The notes beneath the pieces are model-generated. The model was given only the letters and a program-made list of their open reading frames with translations. It was not told the origin of the DNA and made no database searches. The translations under genes and the position numbers were made by a program. Below are positions 1-8,981 of a stretch of DNA of 64,000 nt, in pieces. Numbering within the stretch: position 1 is the first letter of the stretch; every line of letters starts with the position of its first letter. Source of the stretch: an uncultured Riemerella sp. (GTDB lineage: Bacteria > Bacteroidota > Bacteroidia > Flavobacteriales > Weeksellaceae); assembly GCA_937890925.1 (NCBI GenBank), contig CALAEK010000064.1, forward strand, positions 591-64,590, read 5' to 3'.

Positions 1-32
1 CTTTTTTTACAATTTTTAAACAAGAGCCAAAT

Positions 33-431
33 TTATCCCACATTTGCACTGGGATTCCCCAGTGAAGGCATATTTTTTAAAGTGCTTATATGGTCTTTCA
101 ATAGTGATATTACTTCTTCTTTTTGAGCTATCTCTTTGTCTTTTGCCGATAGTAACTGTTCATAGAGTTTTGTGTTTGTAGAATTATCCTCTGAATTTTG
201 CTCTAAAGTCTTTATCATATTTCCTTTCCCAGTAAGTAACCATGTGGGCGAAATTTCGCTATAAACTTCCACAATATTGATTAAATATTCTCCTCCTATT
301 TCACTATTTAGAGATTTTCCTTTCAGGTTTGAATAAGATATATTCGTTTTATCGCAAAATTCTTTTTTTTGAATGCCTTGATTTTCAATAAATTGCAGTA
401 TCCTTGCTTTTATAGGTGAAATTTTATCCAT
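33..431 (-). CDS. cI-like XRE-family HTH lysogeny repressor
   Basis: N-terminal HTH (ARILQFIENQGIQKKEFCDKTNISYSNL). The motif WLLTGKGNM is shared with the repressor at 43931..44338. The C-terminus is a coiled coil with no S24 peptidase domain. It is divergent from a cro-like gene. Confidence 0.75.
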   Translation of the reverse strand: MDKISPIKARILQFIENQGIQKKEFCDKTNISYSNLKGKSLNSEIGGEYLINIVEVYSEISPTWLLTGKGNMIKTLEQNSEDNSTNTKLYEQLLSAKDKEIAQKEEVISLLKDHISTLKNMPSLGNPSANVG

Positions 432-438
432 ATTTTCT

Positions 439-469
439 TTTGAAGTATGAAATTTTATACTTACATTTG
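439..469 (+). promoter_or_regulatory. Rightward early promoter with an embedded operator
   Basis: -33 TTTG (439-442) and -7 TACATTTG (462-469) match the Bacteroidota TTTG/TAnnTTTG consensus with a 19-nt spacer. The inverted repeat AAGTAT-N8-ATACTT (443-462) fills that spacer. The ATG of the cro-like gene lies about 50 nt downstream. Confidence 0.5.
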
Positions 470-520
470 CAGTAATAAATTATTTATATAAACATAATAA
501 TAAAAAGTAAATACAAATAT

Positions 521-718
521 ATGAAAATATCAAAAAAGATTATAGATAAGATTTTACGAGACAACAAATTCAGCTTAAAAATAGCACTGATATTAGACAT
601 TCAGCAAACCTCTGTAAGAGCGTTGGCTAGAAGTAATTCTGATAAACTAGGTCATGCTAAATTAGTTGAATTTTACAAGGAAGAAGGTTTCTCTGAAAAA
701 GACATTTGGAGTAAATAG
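521..718 (+). CDS. Cro-like small early regulator
   Basis: 65 aa, divergent from the repressor. Clearly homologous to 44488..44742 (IIDKILRDNKFSLK / IIEKILNDNNFSIE; FYKEEGFSEKDI / FYKEQGFTEEEI). Confidence 0.6.
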   Translation: MKISKKIIDKILRDNKFSLKIALILDIQQTSVRALARSNSDKLGHAKLVEFYKEEGFSEKDIWSK

Positions 719-1014
719 TTTTTTCAATGACAGCGGAGAATGTACTGCCTATTATCAAAGCATTAGACGCAAAGGAACAACAGCGGTTAATGCAGATGCT
801 TGGTGTTGGAGCAGAAAAAACATCTTCGACAAAGACGAAACATTACCTAGAAAGAGATATTCGACAAAGATTATTGTCTACCATATTCAAGCCACGAAGG
901 GTCTAAATATTATCACAAATTCTTTCTTCATAACTTTTTGGACTACAGACCAGCCTAGACGGGGTGCAGTGGCTTTTTAACTTAAAAACTCAATTATAAT
1001 TTAAAATAAATAAG

Positions 1015-1323
1015 ATGAAAAAAACAGATAAACCGCTTGCGGTAAATTTAGAATTTGAAGAGCAATTAAAGGAATTGCTGTCACAGGCTCCAGAGGGCTT
1101 TGGGTTCTTGTGTTTCTATTACCTTACAAATGGAGAAAAGCCTTGTGACGAGGGTGTTATAGGTCGGTCAAACGAGCCGTTCATTGCTCATACTATTGTG
1201 AATTCAATGCTGAAAAGTGAGACTGTTAGCGACTTGATACAGGCTGCATCCTCATATGTTACTGAATGTAGAACTCGTGAAAACAAAGGTAATCATGACA
1301 AGCACCAAAAGACAACAGTATAA
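1015..1323 (+). CDS. Hypothetical early protein
   Basis: 102-aa ORF in the early operon with protein-like composition. No motif recognised. Confidence 0.4.
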   Translation: MKKTDKPLAVNLEFEEQLKELLSQAPEGFGFLCFYYLTNGEKPCDEGVIGRSNEPFIAHTIVNSMLKSETVSDLIQAASSYVTECRTRENKGNHDKHQKTTV

Positions 1324-1480
1324 CGCCTGCTACAGGCTGAGAAAAAAGGGAGTGAAAATTTCTACACCAGAAAAAACCATATATGGTTCAGCTGAACTGA
1401 GTGAGAAACCTACGGTTTTCCTGCTCCTTGAAAAATTTTCTTTTGTTGTTCAAACTCAAATATTCGCAAATGAAAAGTAG
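1295..1480 (+). CDS. Hypothetical small basic protein
   Basis: Internal ATG of track ORF 1256..1480 (MTSTKRQQYNACYRLRKKG...). It belongs to a chain of short overlapping early ORFs. Confidence 0.3.
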   Translation: MTSTKRQQYNACYRLRKKGVKISTPEKTIYGSAELSEKPTVFLLLEKFSFVVQTQIFANEK

Positions 1481-1655
1481 AATTGAGAATCCCAAACTAA
1501 GGGCTTTTGTAGAGGGTTTCAAAAAAACATCCACACCAGTCACTGTTATAGATTTCATAAAAGGGAAAGGGGATGGTTTCAGTATTGGTTTTAAAACTAA
1601 AATAGACAGATTAGCCAAGGATAGCGAAGCTGTAATAAAAATTGTAACTGGATAA
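1470..1655 (+). CDS. Hypothetical small protein
   Basis: Internal ATG of track ORF 1401..1655 (MKSRIENPKLRAFVEGF...). Its stop overlaps the next start (ATGA at 1655). Confidence 0.35.
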   Translation: MKSRIENPKLRAFVEGFKKTSTPVTVIDFIKGKGDGFSIGFKTKIDRLAKDSEAVIKIVTG

Positions 1656-1960
1656 TGATTTACGAAAAAAGAAATAAATACACCTGGGTATTAAAGGAGA
1701 AAGAAAAAAACAATACAGTGCCTGTTTCAGAAGCTGTTTCGGAAAAGCCGACAAAACAAAATTCTCGATATAAAACGGCTCAGTATCGGACTTTCTGCAA
1801 AAGACTTTTTACTTATAAAAAGTTTGTTTGCAAAACGGAACTGAATATCCTTATAAAAGAACAACTGCACGCCAATACCACTTGGTATCGCAATCGGATG
1901 GTTCAGCTGGGGTTCTTGAAAGAGGAATTTAATGTTTTCAAACCAGGAGAGAATTTATAA
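1655..1960 (+). CDS. Hypothetical early protein
   Basis: 101-aa ORF coupled to the upstream ORF and followed by a hairpin with a T-run. Confidence 0.4.
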   Translation: MIYEKRNKYTWVLKEKEKNNTVPVSEAVSEKPTKQNSRYKTAQYRTFCKRLFTYKKFVCKTELNILIKEQLHANTTWYRNRMVQLGFLKEEFNVFKPGENL

Positions 1961-2003
1961 AAGATGAACAAGTATTTTTTTCATTGTATTTAAATTTAAG
2001 TTT

Positions 2004-2042
2004 CCCAGCTGGTTTCGGTGTGAGCCTGCCAGCTGGTTTTTT
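2004..2042 (+). terminator. Rho-independent terminator candidate
   Basis: CCAGCTGG ... CCAGCTGG (a self-complementary octamer, twice) followed by TTTTTT. Confidence 0.45.
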
Positions 2043-2058
2043 ATCTAAACTATAAGAA

Positions 2059-5019
2059 ATGAATTTCCCAATAAATCAACAAGATATATTCCAGGCGACT
2101 AATGGCGGGCTGGACTTGATACAGAGGTTTTTGCCTCAAGTTCGGCAGAACAAGCATTTTAAAATACGGCACGAGGGAACAGAGTCTGCTAATCTTTCCA
2201 AGAAGGACGGGATTTATTTCGTGAAAGACTGGGGAGACACGGGAGGTTTCTACGCCGAAAGCCGAAACGGAATCCACATTTATGCCCACGAAATGGGGCT
2301 TACTTATTTCGAAGCTCTTTTGCAGCTGGGTAGAGAATTGGGGATTTTGGACGAAAATAAAACTAAACCTAAAAATATAAATGTATGCAAGTTTTCCGAG
2401 TTTGAAGGAACGCTGAACGAGGACGGATTTTGCTACGAAACCAAGGACTTTACACCTTACGAGCTGGAGGTTCTTGGACCGTTGATGACGGAGGAAGTAT
2501 GCAGAAGGTATGGGCTTTATTCCTTGAAGTCTTATTCATGGCTCAAAAAGGAAGAAAACACCCAAAAAGAACTCTGCAATGTCTACACGGTGGAGAGTTC
2601 CGAAACCTATCCTGTTTTTGCCTTTATCGTAAAAGCAGGAGGCGGAAAGAAGAAAATCCACCTGGAGGGCGAAAATAAAAATGTAGTAGTAGAAGAACCC
2701 GAAGAGGAAAGAGTTTGGCTGAAAATCTACAAACCAAAATCTGCAGACAAGAAATACCGATTTTCTTACCTTGGCAAGAAGCCATCGCAGCACATTTTTG
2801 GGCTGGAGAATGTAAAGTCTATTTACAACAAACTCCAGCAGGAAGTAGAGGAGTCTTATGATGATGAGGAGGAATCTGCACCAGCCAAAGTGAAGAAATT
2901 AGAGCGAATTATCATCTGCTCTGGCGATAGAGATTCTCTCAATATGGCTTCTACGGGCGAAACCGTGGTTTGGTTCAATTCTGAAACAGCAGACATTACC
3001 GAAACACAAATTGCGATGCTTTTCAAATATGCATTTGAGGTTATCAATGTTCCAGACCTTGACCCTACAGGCTTCGAGGCTGGGAAGAAACTGGCTTTGG
3101 AGCATATGGATATCAAGACTGCGTGGCTCCCAGAAAGCCTTACCAAGTCCAAAGATTTTAGAGGTAATCCTAAAAAGGATTTTACCGACTTCATGAAATC
3201 TGAAGCTGCATTTGAGGACAAGGAACAAAAAGAGCTTCGAGCAAAAGTAAAGAGATTTCTGGAACTTGCCAGACCTGCTAAGTTTTGGATTGAAAAGTGG
3301 AGAACGAATAAAGAAGGGAAGAAAATAGACCACGCACCAACCTACAGTGTGAATTACAAAAATGCGTTCAATTTTTTGAAGCTGAATGGATTTTTCAGAA
3401 TAAAAGACGCCACCAGAAAGGATGGTTACTATTTTGTTCAGCAGAACAAGCACATTCTTCGGGAGGTTTCCTCGCAGGAAATCAAAGACTTTTTCAATAA
3501 GTTTTTGGATGAAAAACAAAAAGAAAAAGGGCTTCGACTTTTTCCCGATGAATTGCTGAACATGGTAATAGGTTCGGAGGCAGTTTCGGAGAAAAAACTT
3601 CAGAACCTGGAGAGCAAGGAGTTTGATTTTACAGACTTTACTCCTACTTCTCAGTTTTTCTTCTTTGATAAATTCATTTGGGAAGTCAGCAAGGATAAAA
3701 TAGAGAGGATAGATAAAGGCTACAGCCGTTATGTGATGGAGGACGATATTTTGAACGAAATCATTTTCCGCCAGACCAGAACAACTCTGAACACTTCTAA
3801 ACTGAATATAGAAGAGCCGTTTTTCAACATTAAAAAAGATGAGAATAACAACTGGAAGTTGGATATTGTAAGAAGTGACTGCGACTTTATGAACTACTTT
3901 ATCAACACCTGCCGAGTTCATTGGAAAGAGGAACTGAGAGACTTGAAGCCGTCTGAATATGATAATTATTTAGATGAAAATAAATTTATTATCAATAAAG
4001 AAACGCTTTCAGAGGATCAGATCTACGAACAAGAATTGCATTTTATCAACAAGGTGTATTCTTTCGGATATATGCTCCACCGATACAAAGACCCTGCTAA
4101 GGCTTGGTGTCTGTATATCATGGACAATGAGGTGGTGGATGATAACGAGTCCCACGGACGAACAGGGAAGTCTATTTTTTCCAGCCATGCTTTGAGGCTG
4201 TTCATGAACTCCAAGTATTTAGGGGCGAGAAAAAAGGGACTGCTGGAGAGCGACTTCTTGTATGATGGAATAACGGAACAGACGGACTATGTACTGTTCG
4301 ATGATGCGGATAAGAGATTCCAGTTTCAGCAATTATTCACTGACATTACTGGTGACTTGAATGTAAACCCGAAGAACCAGAACGCTTATTTGATTCCGTT
4401 TTACTTGTCTCCGAAATTCTGCATTTCTACAAACTATGCGCCTTATGGGCTGGACAGTTCCACCAGAGGGAGGATTTTATTCATGTCGTTCGGGAATTGG
4501 TATCATGGCGAAATAGAAGGTTTTACAGAGCGAAATCCGATGCATGATTTTAACAATAGATTTTTCACTGACTGGGATGAAAAACAGTGGAATTTGTTCT
4601 TAAACTTTGCCATGCAGTGTCTGCAGTTCTACCTTTCCACGAATGAAAAGATAGGCGCACCAGAAGGGAATATCAGAAAGAGAAACCTATTGGCTGAAAT
4701 TGGAGTTGTATTCTTTGAATGGGCTGAAGACTATTTTAAAGATGAGAATATTAACCAAGCGGTGTGCCGACGAGTGATGTATGAAAACTTGAAGAATTAT
4801 AATAATTCCATGAAGCAGATTTCGGCGACTTCTTTCAAGAATAAACTAAAGCAGTTCTGTGAGCTGAAAGGATACATATTTAATCCAAAGGATCAGCTGA
4901 CAGATAAAGCAGGGCAAAGAATTATGAAATGGACAGACAGCAAAACAGAAGAACATTTCTTTATCCAAGTCCCAGAGGAAAGCACCGAAGAAAACGAACC
5001 AGATGAACTATTTTTTTAA
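2059..5019 (+). CDS. Phage primase-helicase (Toprim domain plus P-loop SF3/D5-like helicase)
   Basis: Toprim-like segment RIIICSGDRDSLNMAS...INVPDLDPTGFEAG. Walker A is ESHGRTGKS and Walker B is YVLFDDAD. The 986-aa size is typical of fused phage or integrative-element primase-helicases. Confidence 0.85.
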   Translation: MNFPINQQDIFQATNGGLDLIQRFLPQVRQNKHFKIRHEGTESANLSKKDGIYFVKDWGDTGGFYAESRNGIHIYAHEMGLTYFEALLQLGRELGILDENKTKPKNINVCKFSEFEGTLNEDGFCYETKDFTPYELEVLGPLMTEEVCRRYGLYSLKSYSWLKKEENTQKELCNVYTVESSETYPVFAFIVKAGGGKKKIHLEGENKNVVVEEPEEERVWLKIYKPKSADKKYRFSYLGKKPSQHIFGLENVKSIYNKLQQEVEESYDDEEESAPAKVKKLERIIICSGDRDSLNMASTGETVVWFNSETADITETQIAMLFKYAFEVINVPDLDPTGFEAGKKLALEHMDIKTAWLPESLTKSKDFRGNPKKDFTDFMKSEAAFEDKEQKELRAKVKRFLELARPAKFWIEKWRTNKEGKKIDHAPTYSVNYKNAFNFLKLNGFFRIKDATRKDGYYFVQQNKHILREVSSQEIKDFFNKFLDEKQKEKGLRLFPDELLNMVIGSEAVSEKKLQNLESKEFDFTDFTPTSQFFFFDKFIWEVSKDKIERIDKGYSRYVMEDDILNEIIFRQTRTTLNTSKLNIEEPFFNIKKDENNNWKLDIVRSDCDFMNYFINTCRVHWKEELRDLKPSEYDNYLDENKFIINKETLSEDQIYEQELHFINKVYSFGYMLHRYKDPAKAWCLYIMDNEVVDDNESHGRTGKSIFSSHALRLFMNSKYLGARKKGLLESDFLYDGITEQTDYVLFDDADKRFQFQQLFTDITGDLNVNPKNQNAYLIPFYLSPKFCISTNYAPYGLDSSTRGRILFMSFGNWYHGEIEGFTERNPMHDFNNRFFTDWDEKQWNLFLNFAMQCLQFYLSTNEKIGAPEGNIRKRNLLAEIGVVFFEWAEDYFKDENINQAVCRRVMYENLKNYNNSMKQISATSFKNKLKQFCELKGYIFNPKDQLTDKAGQRIMKWTDSKTEEHFFIQVPEESTEENEPDELFF

Positions 5020-5038
5020 AAGATAAATATTTGAAACT

Positions 5039-5392
5039 ATGATAGAAATGGAATATCCTTTAACCAAACAAATGCTGAGAAAGCAGTATGGTTATTTATC
5101 ATTTGAGTGCACATTTATGAATATGGATGTTATCACCGTAAAGAGTGTGAAAACTTCAAGATGTGTAATGATTACTTATTGCGGAGCGTGGAAATCTGGG
5201 CTTATCTGCTGGGATGAAACCCTGCGTTGGGAAAAAGCGTTTCAGGTCTTTAAGGAAGTGCCGAACAATTACAATGATTTAGAGCAATGGGAGAGAGAGA
5301 ATTCGGAAAGAATAGAACTTTTCAAACCACCCAAGGACGACTATGTTTTTATAGATGACAAATTAGTAAGACAAGTGATAAAAACAAGATAA
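5039..5392 (+). CDS. Hypothetical protein
   Basis: 117-aa ORF in the same operon. No motif recognised. Confidence 0.4.
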   Translation: MIEMEYPLTKQMLRKQYGYLSFECTFMNMDVITVKSVKTSRCVMITYCGAWKSGLICWDETLRWEKAFQVFKEVPNNYNDLEQWERENSERIELFKPPKDDYVFIDDKLVRQVIKTR

Positions 5393-5397
5393 AAAAT

Positions 5398-5640
5398 ATG
5401 GACAGAATAAAATTATTTACAACGGGATTTACTCAGGTATTCCTGGTTGTGTTGAACACTTATTTCATTACGAGGGAATTCCTATTTGGAATCCTTGCAT
5501 GTGGCTTCCTTATTAGCTTTGTATGGTCGCACAATGTGAAGAAAATTGCCTTTGGCAGTGAGCTGGATAGAATTATTTATTCTCTTGGAGCGATGACTGG
5601 GAGTATCCTGGCATTTTACTTTGGGAAATTGATTTATTAA
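5398..5640 (+). CDS. Small membrane protein
   Basis: 80 aa with three hydrophobic helices (FTQVFLVVLNTYFI, FGILACGFLISFVW, IIYSLGAMTGSILAFYF). Confidence 0.45.
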   Translation: MDRIKLFTTGFTQVFLVVLNTYFITREFLFGILACGFLISFVWSHNVKKIAFGSELDRIIYSLGAMTGSILAFYFGKLIY

Positions 5641-5884
5641 AAAAACATTATGGAAGAAATGAATAAACCTAAAGTGGAGAAATCTGGAAAATCCAAAGAG
5701 CTAAATGGATATTTAAAAATACCAAAAAAAGTGATATTATTTATGAAAATAGTATGAAAATAAAAGTTTTAAATGTGAAATTTTGGAGTTCTGATATGGA
5801 CTTTCACGATTTAGTAATTCTAACTTTAAAAAGATTACCAGATAAAACTTGGTTTGAAATCATAAAAGAAAAATTATGTAGATT

Positions 5885-6358
5885 ATGGAAACAAAAGAAA
5901 TGAAAATTCAGGTGCCTGAGGGCTACAAAATTGACAGAGAAAATTCAACTTTTGAAAATATAATTTTCAGGAAGGTGGAAAGAAAACTTTCTAAAAGATG
6001 GGAAGATTTGCCTTTTGTAGAAGGCTGGTTTATAGATGCTAAATGCCGTATTATTGAAACAGGAAGGCTTAATACTCAAGAATATAATAAAAACACATTT
6101 CCAACTAAAGAAGAAGCAGAAGCATGCTTGGCTTTGGCTCAACTTTGCCAGTTAAGAGATAGATACAATGGCGGTTGGAAGCCTGATTGGGAAGACGATG
6201 GAGAAATAAAATATTGTATTGAGTTTTTTAAAGGAAAAATTGAGAAGGAAGTTCATTATGTAACAAAAAGAGTGTTGTGTTTTAAAACACGAGAACTTAG
6301 AGATGATTTTTTAGAAAACTTCAATGATTTAATTGAGATAGCTAAACCTTTGTTATGA
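5885..6358 (+). CDS. Hypothetical protein
   Basis: 157-aa ORF whose stop overlaps the next start (ATGA). Confidence 0.5.
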   Translation: METKEMKIQVPEGYKIDRENSTFENIIFRKVERKLSKRWEDLPFVEGWFIDAKCRIIETGRLNTQEYNKNTFPTKEEAEACLALAQLCQLRDRYNGGWKPDWEDDGEIKYCIEFFKGKIEKEVHYVTKRVLCFKTRELRDDFLENFNDLIEIAKPLL

Positions 6359-6795
6359 TAGACTACGAAGAATTTTTAGTTCCAGTTGAGATAGCGAAGG
6401 AACTTAAAGAAATAGGATTTAATGAACCGTGTTTATTTGTGTTAAATCCTCATAATACTTTAATACTAAGTTCAGAGGTTCATGACAAGGGAATAATTGA
6501 TATTAGAAAAATCAAACCTCGTAGTAATGGTAAATTAGGAGAAGATTTTTGCTCAGTCCCAACCTACGAACAGGTATTTGACTGGTTTTGGGAAAAGGAG
6601 TATCCAGTCCATTTTCTCAATACAATAGAGCGCTCGACAGATAACATTGGGTGGATTTTTTGCATAAGAGAAAAAAAAGAAATGACAATCATTTACAACT
6701 CTTATAAAGATGTACGACTAGGATGTATCAGAGAGCTAATCAAAATTTATAAAAATGAAAATTTTGTACCTGACATTGAAGAAAAAATGGTTTGA
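6355..6795 (+). CDS. Hypothetical protein
   Basis: 146-aa ORF, translationally coupled on both sides. Confidence 0.5.
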   Translation: MIDYEEFLVPVEIAKELKEIGFNEPCLFVLNPHNTLILSSEVHDKGIIDIRKIKPRSNGKLGEDFCSVPTYEQVFDWFWEKEYPVHFLNTIERSTDNIGWIFCIREKKEMTIIYNSYKDVRLGCIRELIKIYKNENFVPDIEEKMV

Positions 6796-7027
6796 CTTAA
6801 TTAAATCGGGAGAAAAAACAGAAGAATACCGTGAAATAAAACCTTATTGGGAAAAGCGGTTTGAAGGGATAAATTCTGGAAAGCTTCATTTCAAAAACGG
6901 ATATTCTAAAAAGGCTCCCCACTTCATTATAGAATTAAAGGGAATTGAGATAAGAGAGGGCAAAGAAGAATGGGGAGCAGAAAAAGGCAAGAAGTATTTT
7001 GTTTTAAAATTAGGTAAAATATTATGA
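6755..7027 (+). CDS. ASCH (PUA-like) domain protein
   Basis: LKKKWFDLIKSGEKTEEYREIKPYW ... GYSKKAPHFIIELKGIE resembles the short phage ASCH family. Confidence 0.5.
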   Translation: MKILYLTLKKKWFDLIKSGEKTEEYREIKPYWEKRFEGINSGKLHFKNGYSKKAPHFIIELKGIEIREGKEEWGAEKGKKYFVLKLGKIL

Positions 7028-7137
7028 GAATGGAAATAGGAGGAAACTTAATGTTTCTTTTGTTTATAGTAGCAATACTATATTTTGTTTACAGAGTTTT
7101 TAAAGATGACTTATAAAAACAATTAAATTTTAATCAT

Positions 7138-7491
7138 ATGGATATTATTGGAAACATCTACAGCAGAGAGGCTGCGGAGCAGAAAACAGAAACATTCCGT
7201 GTTCAAGAATTCTTATTGGATGCATCTTACTTTGACAATTACAATCAAACAAACAGAGAAAATTTTCTCAAAATGCAGGTTAAGAACGCCAATATTGACA
7301 AGTTGGCGGCGATTCCTAACGGAAGTAGAGTGAAGGTCTTTTTTACCATAGAAGGAAGATTCTACGACAAAGAGGATGGAACAAAGGGACACGCTCAGAA
7401 TCTCTCTGCGTTCAATTTCGAAGTGATTAAGCTGGCTGAGAATAAACCAGCCACTCCTGCTGCTCCTGCACCACAAGAAACCGACTTCTAG
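7138..7491 (+). CDS. DUF3127-type OB-fold (SSB-like) protein
   Basis: The pattern MDIIGNIY...FRVQEFLL...VKVFFTIEGRFY... matches Bacteroidota DUF3127 proteins. It has a Pro/Ala linker and an acidic-aromatic tip (QETDF) like SSB tails. Confidence 0.5.
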   Translation: MDIIGNIYSREAAEQKTETFRVQEFLLDASYFDNYNQTNRENFLKMQVKNANIDKLAAIPNGSRVKVFFTIEGRFYDKEDGTKGHAQNLSAFNFEVIKLAENKPATPAAPAPQETDF

Positions 7492-7524
7492 ATGCTTAGG
7501 CGCTAATTAGTTTTTTTTCATTGT

Positions 7525-7557
7525 AATCCGCTCAGATTTGGGCGGATTTTTCTTTTT
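7525..7557 (+). terminator. Rho-independent terminator
   Basis: AATCCGC-N10-GCGGATT followed by a T-rich run. Confidence 0.6.
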
Positions 7558-7619
7558 GATATACATCAGTTTTCGCACACCTACAAGGCGGCGATTTTCA
7601 CAACCCCCCGCCACCCCCA

Positions 7620-7865
7620 AAAAGTTGTAAAAAAGTTGTAAGGATTGTAAGGAATTATCCGAGCGCTCTGTTTGTCGGGTTTTATCGCCTTACAACTTTT
7701 ATTTTTATTTTGTAAGGAATGGATAATCCTTACAAAAAAATTGTAAGGGAAAAACTGCCTTACAAAATGAATTTGGCTATTGTATGGGATTCTTACAACT
7801 CAAAGTAAGGTATAAATATTTGAAAAATAAGCACTTACAAAATCCTTACAATTCTTACAACTTTT
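7620..7865. repeat. Cluster of about 12 copies of TTGTAAGG / CCTTACAA in both orientations (iteron or operator field)
   Basis: Copies lie near 7624, 7636, 7645, 7688(rc), 7709, 7728(rc), 7741, 7758(rc), 7790(rc), 7833(rc), 7844(rc) and 7853(rc). Several form inverted pairs, e.g. TTGTAAGGA-N8-TCCTTACAA and TTGTAAGG-N9-CCTTACAA. A C-rich tract CCCCCCGCCACCCCC precedes the field. The 480-bp gap holds no ORF. Confidence 0.8.
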
Positions 7866-7968
7866 TTCCTACTTTTTAGAGAATTTCAGAATAAAAGTTT
7901 CAGAAACTAAAAAAAGCAGAGCCTTTATAATATGGTGGAAAAATCATATACTTGCTGAAAAAATAAGG

Positions 7969-8451
7969 ATGCTAGTAAGTATATTTTTGCCAGTGAGTAA
8001 GCCGATCAAGCAGTTTTTGACTCAGAAATTTGGTGCAGAATATCAGCCAAGCCGAGATAATTGGTTTGGAATTCTTATCAGTTCTCTTTTGAGCAAGAAA
8101 AATTCGAACTGGGATGATCGTGCAAAAAATGAAGTCTTTGAGGAGGAATATAAAATTTCCTTCAAATTGTCTTATTCAGACAAGCACGGCATCTGCATTC
8201 TTCCTACGCATGAGCAGCTGCTTCGGCGTGCGGTGGAAAGTTTGTTTCGGGAGCATCTGTATGAAACAGCAGTTCTCAACAAACTCTACTATGATATAGA
8301 GTATAAAACCTCTATAGAAAACCTGCTGAATTTCTACGGAATCCACGAGGAAGAAAAATCCTATTATCAAACTATCATTAGGGATTTTAACAGAAAAAAG
8401 GATAAAATCGCCCAACGATTAGAAAATCAGCCAAATAAAATATTTTCGTGA
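7969..8451 (+). CDS. Hypothetical protein, first gene after the repeat field
   Basis: 160-aa ORF. No motif recognised. Confidence 0.4.
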   Translation: MLVSIFLPVSKPIKQFLTQKFGAEYQPSRDNWFGILISSLLSKKNSNWDDRAKNEVFEEEYKISFKLSYSDKHGICILPTHEQLLRRAVESLFREHLYETAVLNKLYYDIEYKTSIENLLNFYGIHEEEKSYYQTIIRDFNRKKDKIAQRLENQPNKIFS

Positions 8452-8465
8452 AAAAAAAATAAAAT

Positions 8466-8921
8466 ATGGTAAAAATCAGCAATATTCCAGAAAAATTCTT
8501 TCGTGAAATTAGAGAAATCGAAATTTTCAACGCCAAAGAATATTCATTCACGGCGAACAGCACAGGCAAGAGTATTTCTGCTGAACCGAAAATAATCTTT
8601 AAAAACATCGTTCCCGAAGACTTTGATAGGTCTATCAAAAGAAAATTCAAAAACGGAAACTCTTTTTTCGAAGTTGATTTATCATTTAATCTCCACAGTA
8701 TGAACCCGATGGACATTATTACTTATTCTGTTCTTTTGAACAAAAAGGGTTTTGCCATCCGCCTGGTGACCAATGTAGATTCCATGATATTGGGTAATGA
8801 ACAGGAGCCGTTCATGGTAGAAGTTCACGATGGGCGCAAGGATGATAATTCTGGAAGTGATAGAATGCAGATCCAAATTTCTGGCGCTACCATTATAGAA
8901 CCCAAAGCCCAGAGCTTATAA
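8466..8921 (+). CDS. Hypothetical protein
   Basis: 151-aa ORF. No motif recognised. Confidence 0.4.
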   Translation: MVKISNIPEKFFREIREIEIFNAKEYSFTANSTGKSISAEPKIIFKNIVPEDFDRSIKRKFKNGNSFFEVDLSFNLHSMNPMDIITYSVLLNKKGFAIRLVTNVDSMILGNEQEPFMVEVHDGRKDDNSGSDRMQIQISGATIIEPKAQSL

Positions 8922-8981
8922 TTTTTTCTGTCTTTTTTTACGCACTAAACATTTTGGATTTTTGAAAAATAAAATCTAAGA

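Noticed and set aside
666-980. 104-aa plus-strand ORF overlapping the cro-like gene
   Set aside because: It overlaps the 3' end of 521..718 in another frame and its sequence looks non-protein-like. A 59-codon ORF in a third frame (about 727..906, MTAENVLPIIKALDAKEQQRL...) looks more plausible. I could not support either well enough to list as a feature.
2899-3921. 340-aa minus-strand ORF, with several shorter ones, inside the primase-helicase gene
   Set aside because: It lies antisense to a gene with clear Toprim and Walker motifs. The peptide is low-complexity and Phe/Leu-rich, as expected from an AT-rich shadow frame.
7620-7865. Possible CRISPR array, given the many short repeats
   Set aside because: The repeats are only 8-11 bp, occur in both orientations and have irregular 1-40-bp spacing. 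There is no leader or cas context.
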